DNA of 64,000 bases from Patescibacteria group bacterium (GTDB lineage: Bacteria; Patescibacteriota; Minisyncoccia; Phycocordibacterales; PALSA-1337), in NCBI GenBank assembly GCA_038061795.1, contig JBBTYL010000002.1:13193-77192 (forward strand). The letters are read 5' to 3'. Positions 63,939 to 64,000 of this stretch are shown here, in pieces. The position numbers and the translations under genes are program-made. How positions within the stretch are numbered: the stretch's first letter is position 1; every line of letters begins with the position of its first letter. The notes beneath the pieces were generated by a model. That model worked only from the letters and a program-made list of their open reading frames with translations, was not told the DNA's origin and did no database searches.

Positions 63939-64000
63939 GGGACACGCTACTGCGGAAAAAGTATCATGCGACAGCTAAAAAAGCAACCGGTTACTTGAGC

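Noticed and set aside
1-64000. CRISPR array, rRNA genes, prophage structural genes, reverse transcriptase
   Set aside because: No regularly spaced repeats, rRNA-like tracts or recognisable motifs were seen.
1-64000. Alternative genetic code (UGA=Gly, as in Gracilibacteria/SR1)
   Set aside because: Conserved genes are full length under code 11 and TGA ends genes at expected positions (e.g. dcd 20674, rlmH 30649).

Overview
64 kb of a small, gene-dense bacterial chromosome read in the standard code 11. Gene content points to Patescibacteria/CPR, most likely Parcubacteria: alpha2-type GlyRS, type-2 IleRS, rplK without rplA, a pilMNO-like cluster, tRNA-Arg(GCG) and pervasive -10-N6-ATG leaderless starts. 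The backbone is housekeeping (efp, rpsF-ssb-rpsR, metG, glyQS, ileS, argS, secE-nusG-rplK, rplS, rpsT, ruvA, murE, mutM, 7 canonical tRNAs). Accessory DNA includes an AT-rich block (34.4-39.7 kb), a 6.9 kb serine-recombinase island in tRNA-Leu carrying Gabija and a mosaic of gene fragments, and genes with diderm/Verrucomicrobia-type C-terminal domains. Two candidate undescribed systems stand out. (1) A twice-repeated two-RNA cassette (2.8 kb and 24.9 kb): a degenerate tRNA-like RNA followed by a separately promoted, terminated small RNA whose 5' end is antisense to its own partner's anticodon arm. (2) A thymidylate cluster (15.5-21.2 kb) whose ThyA has Asp at the dUMP/dCMP specificity position and whose Dcd lacks the deaminase Glu, suggesting a dCMP -> 5-methyl-dCMP -> dTMP route. 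All calls come from reading the sequence and recalled family motifs; no database search or folding program was run.
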